From Octopus bimaculoides (lineage: Eukaryota): DNA of 49,734 nt. Of this stretch, positions 12,723 through 25,901 are shown one piece after another (position 1 is the first letter of the stretch; every line of letters begins with the position of its first letter). The DNA lies in assembly GCF_001194135.2 (NCBI RefSeq), contig NC_068981.1, positions 36,867,101-36,916,834 of the forward strand, written 5' to 3'. Under the pieces are notes generated by a model that ran no database searches, was not told the origin of the DNA, and saw only the letters and a program-made list of their open reading frames with translations. Both the position numbers and the translations under genes were made by a program.

Positions 12723-13926
12723 CTGAAAATGACATAGCTGTTACTCTTACTTCTCTGATTAACAAAAATGCAAAAATTAATTGAATAATTAATAGAGTAC
12801 AAAAAGTTGAATTTAACTGAATAAATGCAGAGATGGATTCAGTTTGAGCTGTTAATCTGATCTTATAAAACCATAAATTGTGAAAGATTTAAAACACTTT
12901 CACTGTGCTTTTGAACCAGACGCATAAGACAGTCTTAGCCAAAACCAAACATTTTCTTACTAGCTTCATGCATGGGTAGAAGAAGTTCGTTTCTGAATAT
13001 GATTTAGATTGCAGAAGATAATTATACAAAATATATATAATTCATCTCTGAAAGATAGAAAATCAGTAAAAATCTTATATCAAAAGAATAAAATTTAGGT
13101 TACATGATCATGTGAAACGAAGTAACTAAGTTTGAAAAGAGATTAAAATGAAATATATTTGTATAGCATATTAAAAAAAGGATCAAAAATGTTTGTGACT
13201 TCTCATCAATAGTCCTTGCTGAGGAAAAGAAAAACATAAAAACATATTTAAAAAATGTAGTTCACACATTATTTTTCAATATAATTTCTTCTGATTTCAA
13301 TATGTCTGATAAGGTGATGTGAGAAAGAGAAATCAATGAAATAATATGGAAATGTTCTTTAAGAATTTCTTAGAAAATATTCTTGATCAGATTGTTATTT
13401 ATTGGAGAGGAAACTTGGAAGGAAATATCAACAAAGGAAGAAAGATAAATTAGAATATCTTACAGCTCTAAGATACTTTACAATTGAGTTCTGGTTTCAA
13501 TTATTCATTCTTGACATGCAATCCTTGATAGCAGCAGTAGTATGGTTTGGCAAAATAAATTGAATAAAGCAATCTATTTTTCTGGTACATTTTCAGGTTT
13601 TCTCAATAACTAACCTATTCCTTCGAAATAAATAAAATATAAACACATGCATACACGTGCGCGTGCACACATGCATGCTCTTATACATATATAAGTATAC
13701 GTGTGTGTGTGTGTGTATATATATAAAATATATGTGTGTGCTTGAAGAATTTAGCATCAAACTTTAATTTTATTTTTTATTTTCATTAAAATTTTTTTCT
13801 AATTTACATCTACTTCTTACAAGTCAACATCACTTGAGTAAAAGAGAAGGAATCATGAGTAATGATGGAGACAGCTAAGATGAAGATGCAATAAGATGCA
13901 ATAAAACAGATAGACATTACCAATAT

Positions 13927-13982
<56 letters not shown>

Positions 13983-14493
13983 CTACATATACATACGTAT
14001 GGTTGTGTATGTATAAGTAGATATAAACTTACATACGCATAGTTATGTATTTTATATAACAACGCACAAAAATGTATGAACATACACAAACACGCACACA
14101 CATACACACACACATAAATATATATGAAAAATGGATACAAATCAAGATGTAAAAGTGAAAGTAAACCTGATGTACATCTGCAAGCAATAGGATGGTAAGG
14201 TTTCTTTAGAGAGAAAGCAAATAGAACCTTAGAATAGAGTTCAACTAATCATTAGATTATTTTATTGAAATCTATGGTTGCCAGGAAGTTCTAATATGTT
14301 GATGCATTCAAGAAATTTGACACTTCTCAGTTGTTGAATGATGGGTGACCTCTGTAGACTAGAATAATAATAATAATATTGAACTACATTGATGTTATAT
14401 GGATTTTATGTTGCCCATCGGATAATACGTCTCTCATAAATAAGTATGTAAATACTAATGTGTGTGTGTGTATGTGCGTGTGTATATATGCAT

Positions 14494-14525
<32 letters not shown>

Positions 14526-14547
14526 GTATGTATATATATATGTAATA

Positions 14548-15054
14548 NNNNNNNNNNNNNNNNNNNNNNNNNNNNNNNNNNNNNNNNNNNNNNNNNNNNN
14601 NNNNNNNNNNNNNNNNNNNNNNNNNNNNNNNNNNNNNNNNNNNNNNNNNNNNNNNNNNNNNNNNNNNNNNNNNNNNNNNNNNNNNNNNNNNNNNNNNNNN
14701 NNNNNNNNNNNNNNNNNNNNNNNNNNNNNNNNNNNNNNNNNNNNNNNNNNNNNNNNNNNNNNNNNNNNNNNNNNNNNNNNNNNNNNNNNNNNNNNNNNNN
14801 NNNNNNNNNNNNNNNNNNNNNNNNNNNNNNNNNNNNNNNNNNNNNNNNNNNNNNNNNNNNNNNNNNNNNNNNNNNNNNNNNNNNNNNNNNNNNNNNNNNN
14901 NNNNNNNNNNNNNNNNNNNNNNNNNNNNNNNNNNNNNNNNNNNNNNNNNNNNNNNNNNNNNNNNNNNNNNNNNNNNNNNNNNNNNNNNNNNNNNNNNNNN
15001 NNNNNNNNNNNNNNNNNNNNNNNNNNNNNNNNNNNNNNNNNNNNNNNNNNNNNN
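14548..15054. other. Assembly gap (507 N)
   Basis: N run flanked by TA/TATG repeats. Confidence 1.
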
Positions 15055-15272
15055 TGTATGTATGTATGTATGTATGTATGTATGTATGTATGTACGTACG
15101 TATGTATAAACCATGACAAAGCTGACATAGGGGCTCGGCAGACTATGGGACTAATCACACACTGTGCAGTATCAAACCGTCCAGCCCATGCCAGCATTCT
15201 AAACGTACATTAAAGGATGATGGTGATGACCATATGTGTATGTGTGTATTTACACACACACATACATATGAG

Positions 15273-15319
<47 letters not shown>

Positions 15320-17159
15320 TCATCGTTTAAAGCACCCACTACATTCTCGGAGAGGATGGCGTTAGGAAGGGCATGCAGCTGTAGAAACACTGTCAGGTCA
15401 GACTGAAGCCTGGTGCAGCCTCCCAATTCTTCAATCCTTCTGCTCCTTACCTCTCTCTGTTCCTCCCACGTGCTCGGTGCTTGTCCAAGCATGATCTTTC
15501 TTTCTTAGCCTGACCGCCACTCGCACAACATCTTATTTCCCTGTCTCCTGACTGTCATATATGTTTGTTGCCATAAGGCTTCCACTTCACATGCCAGCTT
15601 AACCTGTTGTTATTCTTGTTTGTATTTGTAATCATGTAACATTTTCTCCGTTTTCCCGATTTTTTGTGTGTTGTTGCACATATTCGTTTGCTTTCTTCCA
15701 AAAATTTAGTGCCCTTAGCTTAGATTTTTGGGGCCTACCAATTTTGAACAGTCTGAAGTGCAACAGGCCGAAACTGTAGTGATGATTGGAAGCTTGGCTG
15801 ATGAATAGAAAGCCACAAATGTTTCGTCCTGGTTTTCCTGTCCGTCTTTGTATCGTCCATTTGTCTGTACGTTTTTATTGTCGTCCGTTACGTTCTTATT
15901 CCGTTTTTTGGATTTATACACTTACACACACACACACACACATAGAGTGAAAGAGAGAGAGAGGTAGCGATGCAGATACAATTAGGTTTGACACATATAT
16001 AAGTAAATACATATATAGATATGCATAGACACATATATATTCAGTAAGATAAACACATATATAGATATACATACACACACACACACACATGCATATTTAC
16101 TTAGAGCATAAAAATACAGAATACTAAGAAGAGAATAGATTAATCCTTAGCTAGTCAACAGTTTCACATAACTCAGATTTACCTAATAATCATAATGTTC
16201 ATAATTTGCAGATGGAATGTACAAAAATGCTTGGGTATGCAACCAGTAAACATTCACACGGACATATTACCATAAGTCTAGCTCTCTTCATCAAGAGAAA
16301 GTTGGCAAAAGCAGTCCAAATAGTAGTGCCAAAGATTTAAAGGTTGAAGAGAGAGAGGCAGAATAAGAAAAACAAAACGCAGGGAAAGGGAAGAGGATTT
16401 CTATAAAATTGGGGAAATTAACAGAAGTAGAATAGATGAAACGGAGAGAGGAGGAGAGAAAGTAAAAGTGTGGTGAAAAGGAGCATCACTGGTGGTCGGG
16501 AATCTCGCTAAGCAAACTTAAAATCAATTGGAACGGTAGCTGATCGTACAGAGACACAGGAAGAGGTAAGCAATGATCGAAAGCATGGGGTGGTAGTAAT
16601 GGAGGAGGAAGATATGCTGGGAAGGGGAGAATGGTATAAAAAGAATAGAGAAAGTGGAAGCTACTAACAAAACGAAGGGCTAAACCACGATTAGGGGAAA
16701 TTATAAAGACTTTACGTAATGGGTAAAAGTGGAAGAAAATTTGTGCTTACAGAAGAACATGTCAAAGAATGTATTGAGTAATGATGTATTGTGACGATAG
16801 GGAGCAATTAATTCCCTGCAACACAACTTACAAACATGGAGGTTAGTATTATACAGAGAAGCCCCACGATCTACAGAACAGGATAAGGTGTAAGGAATAT
16901 TCTGGGACGTGAGATGGTGTATTTATGTAGCTAAGGAAGTAGAGAGTTTACAGGCTCCATTTAAGAACGATTTCATGTGAGTCCAATTGGGATGTAGTCT
17001 GTTCGAATTGATTTCATATTCAGTGTAATGATACACGTTTTTTTTGGCTAATGAATAATGTGAAAATCATTTTTGCTATAAATCAATAAATAAAGTTATT
17101 AGCAATTAGAGTTTAAAAATTTTGGTAATTTTAGACAATCGTAAGCCACAGACACATTC

Positions 17160-18338
17160 ATGCCTGCTTCCATAGTAACAAGCAGAACGCGAGAACTCTT
17201 TTGTCTACGAGAAATCACGTAATGACAAATACATTGAAACCACTTGTTTTACCTATCTGTTGACAATTGAGCATGTGACTTTATGTCGCGTAGGAGATAC
17301 GAACATTGAGATTTGTTCGAGAAATTGATTGAATGCATTTCCAACTTTCGTTTTCAATGAACTGGCCAACAAAATGTTTGTTTGGTTTCAATAATATTTC
17401 ATTTGTAATGTGCTATTTTGTTTTTACATAAATCTAAGTTCGTGATATCGCATTAAATGCATATTGAATGCTTAAAACTACAAAAGATGTGTTGTTTACT
17501 CTTTCTTTTTTTGTTAACCCGAAATATGGTACTCACACTCAACAAATGGAGAGTACGTCCCCCCTTGTGAAGCGAAGTAATAACGCTGTGGCACTCACCG
17601 TTCTATGGTAGATTTACATCTCTGAATTTATGTGACGCAGGAGATACGAAAATTATGATTTGTTTGAGAAATTGATTGAATGTATTTCTAACTTCCGTTT
17701 CTAATTTTTAAAATATTTTGTAATGTGTTGCTTATTGCATGCTTAAATGTGTTTTTTAGCATATTTCGTTCTCACTTTAATTTTTATATATAACATATAA
17801 ATATCTATATCTTTTAGAACTGTCATTTTATAAGATTTTGCTGGCAAATTTTTAAATTAACATAAACATTTATTTACATGAAAAAAAATTACTGGAGAAC
17901 TATCATCTAATTCTTCCAAGTCTTTCTGTTAAAATTGTATTGAAACCATTTGTGGGGAGTACTAAATAGTGTTTTTTTGGATAAATATTTTAAGTTCGTG
18001 CTATCGCATTAAATGCATGTTGAATGCTGCAAACTACAAAACGTGTTGTTTACAAATATTGACAACACGTGCTTTCAGGATGTTGACAAAATATGCAGTC
18101 ATGCACAAAATGACAACTTCCAAATCCTGTTTCCTGATCGGGTGAAAATGATCAAACTTTAAACCCCTATAACTTTCTAAAGCCATTTTCCTGGAAAAAG
18201 TGAAATAACGCCAGCAATTCAGCTTGAGAAAGTATATTATTGTGCCAAACTTAAACATTTTCGATAAACTTTGATTTTTGAAATGCTGGCAGCCAAACGA
18301 ACTAGATCCTCCAGTTGCAGCGCTTGAAATCAACAGTG

Positions 18339-18340
<2 letters not shown>
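17160..18340. mobile_element. Probable non-autonomous DNA-transposon-derived sequence with internal direct repeats
   Basis: CpG-rich versus flanks. Two imperfect repeat pairs: 17280-17350 vs 17627-17700, and 17436-17498 vs 17991-18053. No TIR or TSD identified. Confidence 0.35.
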
Positions 18341-18388
<48 letters not shown>

Positions 18389-18423
18389 CATATGTATATG
18401 AGTATGTATGTATGCATGTATTT

Positions 18424-18469
<46 letters not shown>

Positions 18470-21424
18470 GTTTGTGTATGTATTAATGTTTGTTTTTCTG
18501 TGAACTTATATATAAAAACATTAAATCTATTTATTTATGCATATATACATACATATAGACATGTATGTATCTGTTATAACTTATATGTATATGGTTATAT
18601 GTGCACATATATATGTATGTATATATGTATAGTATGTGTAAATCAGACACACACACACACATTTATGTATATATAAATCTTTACTGTTCAGTATACTATT
18701 ATTCTTTGATTGCTCTTTCTCTATTAACAGATTTCTTTGTAAAAATAATCAAATCTTCAAATTACCATAAATTGAATAATTTTGATAGCAACCATCTTTT
18801 TTTCTCCTTTGATAGGTGTCTCCATGTTTCTCTGGAGGGTAATGGTAAAACATTTCATGCTTAATTCAATCAAAGTATGAACCAATATTTATGATAATAT
18901 CTAATATAAAGAAAATCTTCGAAGTCCATAAATGATGAAAATAAAACTAGCAATAGTTTTGCCTGCCTTAATAACTGTAAGCAATAGAGATATCAAACAA
19001 CAGCTGCTTGACATTATATAGCTGTTTTCTTTTTTTTTTGCTTTTTTCTTAATAATGCTTCTATATATTTATGAACAACCATTGTATTTCTTTAAAAGAT
19101 ATTGGAAGAGATATTAATGGGAACAAGTTGTAAGTGATTATTTGCTGGTATTGAGACCATCTCCCTATAGGTCATGGGTATAAATTTTGTCTGCAGTATA
19201 AGGTTTTGTGTTTGTTTACAAGTTTTGTGTTCTTTTGTCAACTATATCCTGTCTAGATAGAAAATGGATGCCAATTCTGTGAGAATATGTAGTGGATACT
19301 CTTAGTAATGGTATTCAGTTACCATGAAACATCTGTTCCATTTCATACTAGATTGCAGAAGAAAAAAAGACTACAAACAAAACTATAAAACACGTAAGTA
19401 GTTAGGATTGATTGAATTATTAACCTCATTTTATTCTGTTTTTACATATGTAGCATTTTAGTTAATGGCCTGATCAATCACTCTTGTAATAATTCACCCT
19501 GTGAGTATAAAAATATAACCAGGAAACAAGAAAAATAATATGTTGAAGAAAGTGTATCGTATTCTATACAGGCTTGATTGTGGAAAGAAGTTTTGAAATG
19601 TGAAAGTATTATTGTAGAAGTACTTCAATGTAAAGTGATCACATTTTGATCTCTTTATATTGCTGTAGTATAATGCTAAGCACAAACGCACAAGAAAGAA
19701 AATTATCAAAACAGTACATGAATTTATAAATTCACTTCATGTAATCATATTTAATCTTACAGTAAAGAAATATTTTAGGCTCAGATTAAAGAGAATATAA
19801 TATCAGTAATTATATGATCATCATTTTAACCCTTGCTTGAATTGCATGAGCTGTGATGTAGCTGAAGAATATAAGGGAAATCCCCCCCCCCCCCAAGAAA
19901 TGATCACTGATATTATAGTGAAAGCTATATAAATTAGTAATTTAGTCCTCAGATTCTAGCAAAACTAAATATTATTTAATATACCGAAACCACTTGTAAT
20001 CTAAATTTTGGTTATGAATGAATTTTGTTTCACACTCTACAGTTTTTCCAACTAAGCTACAAGTATTATTACAGTCCTTTTTGCCTGTTGAATTTGTGGT
20101 ATTATGCTTCTGCAAAATGTAATGTGGCAATATTTTAAGTATGCATTATATCTTTAGCACATAGTTTCATTTTTCAATGGGCTTGTATTGTTACAGTTGT
20201 CTGGATCAAAACATCTCTAATTGAGTTATCCAGTTGAGTCTAGTCCATTTCAGTTCCAAGTTGAAGCCAATAAACTTCATAAAATTATTTCCACCTGCAT
20301 ATATATTTAAGCCTTCAGTTTTAATAAGTAATCAGTTGATCCACTTACTATTCAAATGGTTTTACCAAATTAAGATTATTCATCATTGTTATTGTCATCA
20401 TCGTTGTTGTTATTGTCATCATTGTCATCATCATAATTTAATGTTCGTATAGGCTGATAAATTATTATATCCAGGTATTCCGGGGCATTAGGTAAGCTCA
20501 ATATTTTCTATAGCAATGTATTTTAATGTCTCAGTGTCATGATATTTGTTGTCTCTTACACACAAAAATATCAACGAAATATTTGGTAGATTATTAATCT
20601 AAAATTGTACTGTGTTAATTTTCTGTTACCAAAAGCATACTATTGAAATCAATAGTGGTTATTCTGGGTTGGAAATGGTGTTAGTCTGAGCTGGATTAAC
20701 TATTAATGTAAACATGTGCTCGGGGTACAAATGAAAACAGTATTTATTTTTCCAGTGATGCAATTATTATGGCAATTAATAAATTATAGCAATTTTACTT
20801 ATGAATTAATAAAAATTTTGGAAATTAATATTTTTCTCCTGTTGCTCTTGTTGTAAGTAAATAAGGTATCGCTGATGCTGACTGTTTGTTATTTAATGTT
20901 AGATAAACAAAATTAAACAAACTGGTTATTGGGCATTGTTAGCCAGGAAGATATGGGTGAACCTGGAAGAAACCATAATTTTTTATGTATTATTTCACAT
21001 TCAATATTAATTATACCTTTACATCTTATCAGTCAGACAATGACTTGAGGAGAAAGAGTAAAACTGTTGGGCTGTGCCTGAGGCATCAGTTGGCCTTCAT
21101 CTGACTTTGATTAGTTAGTGAAGTTGAGACTGACGATGCTAACAGTGTAAAAATGCTGGTGATGGCAATGAATGTATTTGAATTGTTGAAGAGGTGATGT
21201 TGATGTTGTTTAGCCCGAGGCACTTTTGATTAGGCGGATATATAATAGTTGGTCTAGCAAGGTAGCAAAATTTACTGATGTCTTGATTAAGAAGTATCAT
21301 GCTTTTCTGCTTAGCTGGGTACTATGTGTTACATTGACAAGTAGTAGGCTTGTGGAAGTTCAAGTACATGAGAGATGGATGTTATTGGTGAAAATAAATA
21401 AGGTGATGATTGTGATTATATTGT

Positions 21425-21830
21425 AGAGTGTGACTTTGTGGTAGTGATGAAAATGATGATGATGAGGAGGATGAGATGGCTGATGATAAGGACGATGACA
21501 CTGATGATGTAACAGTGTGACTATAAATATTGATATTTGTGGTTGTGATAACGATAGATGATAATGATGCAGTGTGACTTTGTAGTAATGACTGTAATCA
21601 TTGTCTTTGTGCTGGTGATGATGATGGCCACAACGACGATGACGATGATGACAACGATGACGACAGTGATGACGACGATGATTATGTGGTGGGTGTAGTG
21701 GTGATGAAGTGTAACTTTGTGACAGGGACTGTAATTATTCATGTTCTGGGGAGTTGTAGTGATGAGGTAGTGGAGTGTGTCTTCATAGTAGGGACTCTAA
21801 TCATTAGTTGTGATGATGAAGATATGGTGG
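21425..21830. repeat. Degenerate tandem block with GTGTGACTTTGT anchors and (GAT)n spacers
   Basis: GTGT(G/A)ACT(T/A)T at ~21428, 21514, 21571 and 21710. GACT(G/C)TAAT(C/T)ATT at ~21590, 21726 and 21793. Confidence 0.6.
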
Positions 21831-23894
21831 AGGTGCAATAAAAGGTAAATCCACCTCCACACAAGTTTCCTTAATCTCACTCTATTCCATAATAAATTCC
21901 TGAAAATTAACATTTATGTATTGCCAGCTTATAATAAGATACAAGTTATGAGCAATACCAACGCATGTTACATTTGCATTTGACAGCCAACAGAACTGGC
22001 TTCAAATAAACACTTGATTGTTGTTGTTGCTGTCGTTGTTGTTGTTGCTGTTGTTGTCATGAAATAATTGCATTTTATTAGACAGCTCTATTCATTAGCT
22101 TTATTAAACTGAACAAGTTTCTATAGCTAAGTAACCTCCCAAGTAGTCTCCAGCTGATAGCAAATGACACATGAAATATGAGCTCCAAAAGCCATCACCA
22201 GTTATATGAATCAAGCATGCAACCAATTCTTTAGTGGAATACTCATGAAATGATATTTCACTTTGATTGGTGTACCTACTGAAATAATTTTATAGTTACT
22301 ATTTTTGTTTTCATTTTTGTTTTTACATTTTCCTCTACATTTAAACATTTTCCCATAAAATTTGAGATAATGCTTTGTTTAGTCTCAGGCCAATCATAAT
22401 CAAGCAGGATCAAATGTGTCCCATCCATGAACACCCCTGTTCATAATATCTAGAATTATATATTCTAATATGTTTTTCTTTATTTAAATTAATTAATTAT
22501 ATGCTAAACAATCTTTATTCACTGCAACACCTGTAGTATGATGCTAGGTGCAGCTGTTTAATAACACAGCCGAAACATCACAGTGCTTTAACAAATGCTA
22601 CCATATATCTTTGTCTTCTTCATTTTCCTCTGTGAACAGAAAAGTATGTGTCTTCGTAACTGGTCTCAAATCTTCTTTGATTCTCATCACATCTAGATTA
22701 CAATTTTGTCCACCTATGGCTAATAGCTATATCATCATCACTGCTACCATCATCCTTATCACATTATTATTACTTTACATGTGATTTTCTGTTCTATCAA
22801 TGGTTAGATAGGGTTTCTGTGGTCGTGTTTTACTGCTGGATGCTATTCTCACTGCTATTCCTTTTAGTTACTGCTTACAGTATGTAAAAACACGGTGTAG
22901 AGTTACCAGATGTAGTAATTTTTTGCATAAAAGCACAATATGAGAGAGACTGGATAGCTATTTCTCACTGGTTGAGTGATGACACAGAGATTCTCTCATT
23001 AACTTGTGTACTAATGCCTTGTATAGATAGATATTCTGGGTCTCTGTCATTCACCGATGAAGATTCAGTTGTATGGACTCAGTTACTTGCTCCTGAAATA
23101 ACATATAGATGGCTGAGCATTCTACAGTTACTTGTACCTTTAATGTAATTCTGACAGAATCAGTATGCTACTGTGAATACAGTGTGTAACAAGGCTCTAC
23201 CATCTGAATTACAAATATAATCCACCTATGGGATCCTTTACAGTTTCTGTGAACCAAATTTCACACACATTTTGTGGTTAAAAAGAACCATTTGTTCATA
23301 CTGTATCTAAGCATATAGATATATACTCTCCTTAAAATAACAGACAAAACGTACATCAGTTAAATTCATCATCATTGTTTAATGTCCGTTTTCCATGCTG
23401 GCATGGGCTGGGCAGTTTGATATAAAGCTGGCTGGCTTGGGAGCTGGTCAAACTCCAATTTTATTGTGACATAGTTTCTATGGCTGGATGCCCTTCTTAA
23501 CACCAACCACTTAACAGAGTGTGCTGGGTGCTTTTTATGTGCTATCAGCATGGATGTGTTTAAGCCGCACCAGCACGTGTGCTTTTTACGTGGCACTGGC
23601 ACCTGAAAGGACAAGCCTGTATGTATGGAAGACAGCAATTTTTCTTAGCTTGATGCATCTTTTCAAGTACAGCAAATTGTCACATCTCCTGGTCCCTTGT
23701 CATTTCTTCAACAAGGCCCAGTGTCCAAGTGAAAAAAAAAAATCCATATATTTAATGAGATTTGCAGATAACTGTAGCTTCATTATATAGTATTTTGGTA
23801 TGATGGGTCAAATTGTTTTAAGCCTCATTGAGAAATGCAATGACACATGGTTGTGAGATATAGAGTTTGAATGCAGAAAACTTGAGATGACTGG

Positions 23895-24250
23895 AAAAAA
23901 ATGAATTGACCCCAGTACTTTTTAATTTTTTAAAATGTGGTACTTATTCTATCGAATTTGTTTGCTGAACTGCTAAGTTACAGGGATGTAAACAGACTAA
24001 CTCTGGTTGTCAACTGGTAGTGGGGAGGTCAAACACAGAAGACACAAAGACACAAAGACACATGCACACACATAGATATATATATGTGTATACGATGGGT
24101 TTCTTTTAGTTTCCATCTACTAAATTCACTCACAAGGCTTTGGTCAACCCAAGGCTAGAGTAGAAGACACTTGCTTAAGGTGCCACACAGTGGGACTGAA
24201 CCTGGAACCATGTGGTTGGAAATCAGGCTTCTTACCACACAGTCATGCAT
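23895..24250 (-). mobile_element. tRNA-derived SINE (family A), near full length
   Basis: Reverse complement of the family A head (GGGACTGAACCTGGAACCATGTGGTTGG...CTTACCACACAG) plus the 3' part, with an internal CA/TA-rich tract. Confidence 0.85.
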
Positions 24251-24294
24251 GTGCTTATTTATATATATTTATATATATATATATATATATATAT

Positions 24295-24551
24295 NNNNNN
24301 NNNNNNNNNNNNNNNNNNNNNNNNNNNNNNNNNNNNNNNNNNNNNNNNNNNNNNNNNNNNNNNNNNNNNNNNNNNNNNNNNNNNNNNNNNNNNNNNNNNN
24401 NNNNNNNNNNNNNNNNNNNNNNNNNNNNNNNNNNNNNNNNNNNNNNNNNNNNNNNNNNNNNNNNNNNNNNNNNNNNNNNNNNNNNNNNNNNNNNNNNNNN
24501 NNNNNNNNNNNNNNNNNNNNNNNNNNNNNNNNNNNNNNNNNNNNNNNNNNN
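24295..24551. other. Assembly gap (257 N)
   Basis: N run between (TA)n and (TAA)n. Confidence 1.

Positions 24552-24620
<69 letters not shown>
24552..24620. repeat. (TAA)n microsatellite
   Basis: Directly visible between the gap and the hammerhead-bearing repeat. Confidence 0.95.
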
Positions 24621-24622
<2 letters not shown>

Positions 24623-24669
24623 TCGAAAAATACCTTAGAAAAGAGAACCCAGGTTCGAAATTTCCTTAA

Positions 24670-24715
24670 AACACCTGATGAAGGCTTGCGGGTATATCAG
24701 CTGAAACGTTGTGTT
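24670..24715 (+). ncRNA. Minimal type I hammerhead ribozyme motif, PLE-associated type
   Basis: AACAC-CTGATGA-A-GGCT(12 nt loop)AGCT-GAAAC-GTT-GTGTT. Stem I is AACAC/GTGTT, the core is intact, stem II has 4 bp (one G-U), stem III is the palindrome ACGT, and the cleavage triplet is GUU. Confidence 0.7.
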
Positions 24716-25204
24716 AACAACAAACAAGATGAGGACAAATATCTGTCAAATGTAAATAATGTAAAATGAGTAAGATTAGGAGGCAAGGAAGAAACAGAGA
24801 AATAATAAATGAAGGCAGACAAGCAAAACACATGACTGAGAAATGCACAGAAAGATGTGGGCATGAGATGGGGGGAAAGTGCGAAAACAAATATGACAGT
24901 GAAAGACATGGAAGTGAATTTAAAGTTTTGGAGGAGCATAAAACTGAGGCCTATCATATGAGACATTGTAAATTTGGTATCAGTTTCATTTTTCTCTTAC
25001 ATCTCTATTTCTTTTCATTCTCTTTGATATAAAGTATAACTTAAAACCTTTAGACTCTGTTGTCAAAATTAAGCTGACGTTTGGAGTATAGCACCTTTGA
25101 ACTATATTAATTGGGATCATTTATAACTAAAAGTTCGTATCATAGAACTAGTGTCAGCTCAGGCAGGGTGATATCAAAAGGGTTTTAAGCCAAATGATAG
25201 ATTA

Positions 25205-25400
25205 AGCTTATACCCCAGGAATAGAAACAATCCCATCAATGAGCATCCACATAGGTTCTGCCAATCAAATTTCACTCTTAAGACATTGGTCAATCTGAAG
25301 TCAAGGTAAAAAAAAAAAATCCCTTGCCTTAGATACCATGCAGTGGGATTGAATCAGGAACCACATAGATCTAAAGTAAAAGCCTTAACCATAAAGCCAT
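25205..25400 (-). mobile_element. SINE family A, degenerate copy
   Basis: CCATGCAGTGGGATTGAATCAGGAACCACATAG matches the reverse-complemented family A head. Confidence 0.65.
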
Positions 25401-25790
25401 AAAAATTAATTTCTGCCTCAGAAGTTTATTCTAAAGCATCCAAAATATATTTTAACAATAATAGGCATTAGAAAAGCTGTAAAAACACAAAAAATATCTC
25501 ACCAAAATATTCTGTTAAAAGTTTATGAGTAAGGTAAAAATATCAATAAAAATTACCCAAACATATTTTACATTTACTAATATTAATATTTTAGATGTCA
25601 TAAAACGAAATACTGGAAATAGATAAAGAAAAAAATAAAGTTTGAAATAAAGAGTAATCAGAAATTAACTGAAGTAAAATATATGGTAAAATGTATCTTT
25701 TTGATGTATTTACTCACTACATATCATATGTTGTCTTATAACCTGAATAGAAAGCAATAGTACACCTCTTCCATGCACCCACCCACTCAC

Positions 25791-25901
25791 TGTCTTGCTC
25801 TCCAATTTTATTTTTACGAGTTTCATCTCTTGGTTTGGAAAATGTCCAATTTTTCTTGATTCTATTACTGTTATTCAATTCAGGCAAGGAATCTATCTGT
25901 G
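25791..25901 (-). CDS. Candidate internal exon (111 nt, phase 1-1)
   Basis: Pyrimidine-rich upstream with cag, ACA|gtgagt donor. QIDSLPELNNSNRIKKNWTFSKPRDETRKNKIGEQD. Confidence 0.3.

Noticed and set aside
14379-15213. Long ORFs spanning N gaps (also 24171-24769 and 47117-47973)
   Set aside because: Artefacts of translating Ns and flanking microsatellites.
15750-15835. CTGAAG..GCCGAAAC and CTGATGA fragments suggesting more hammerheads
   Set aside because: Core halves and stems cannot be assembled into a valid fold. At most a heavily decayed repeat.
19494-19709. Minus ORF with an apparent transmembrane segment (NILFFLFPGYIFILTG)
   Set aside because: The hydrophobic stretch is simply a T-rich tract ending in CAG. 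Sequence downstream of that CAG is closed in all frames within 25 nt.
22520-22600. GCTGT/ACAGC hairpin followed by GAAAC
   Set aside because: No CUGANGA upstream of the stem, so not a hammerhead.
22590-22740. Minus-strand peptide LLAIGGQNCNLDVMRIKEDLRPVTKTHTFLFTEENEEDKDIW, WD40- or PH-like by eye
   Set aside because: Poor acceptor context and weak donor (gtagca). Family resemblance is too vague to call.
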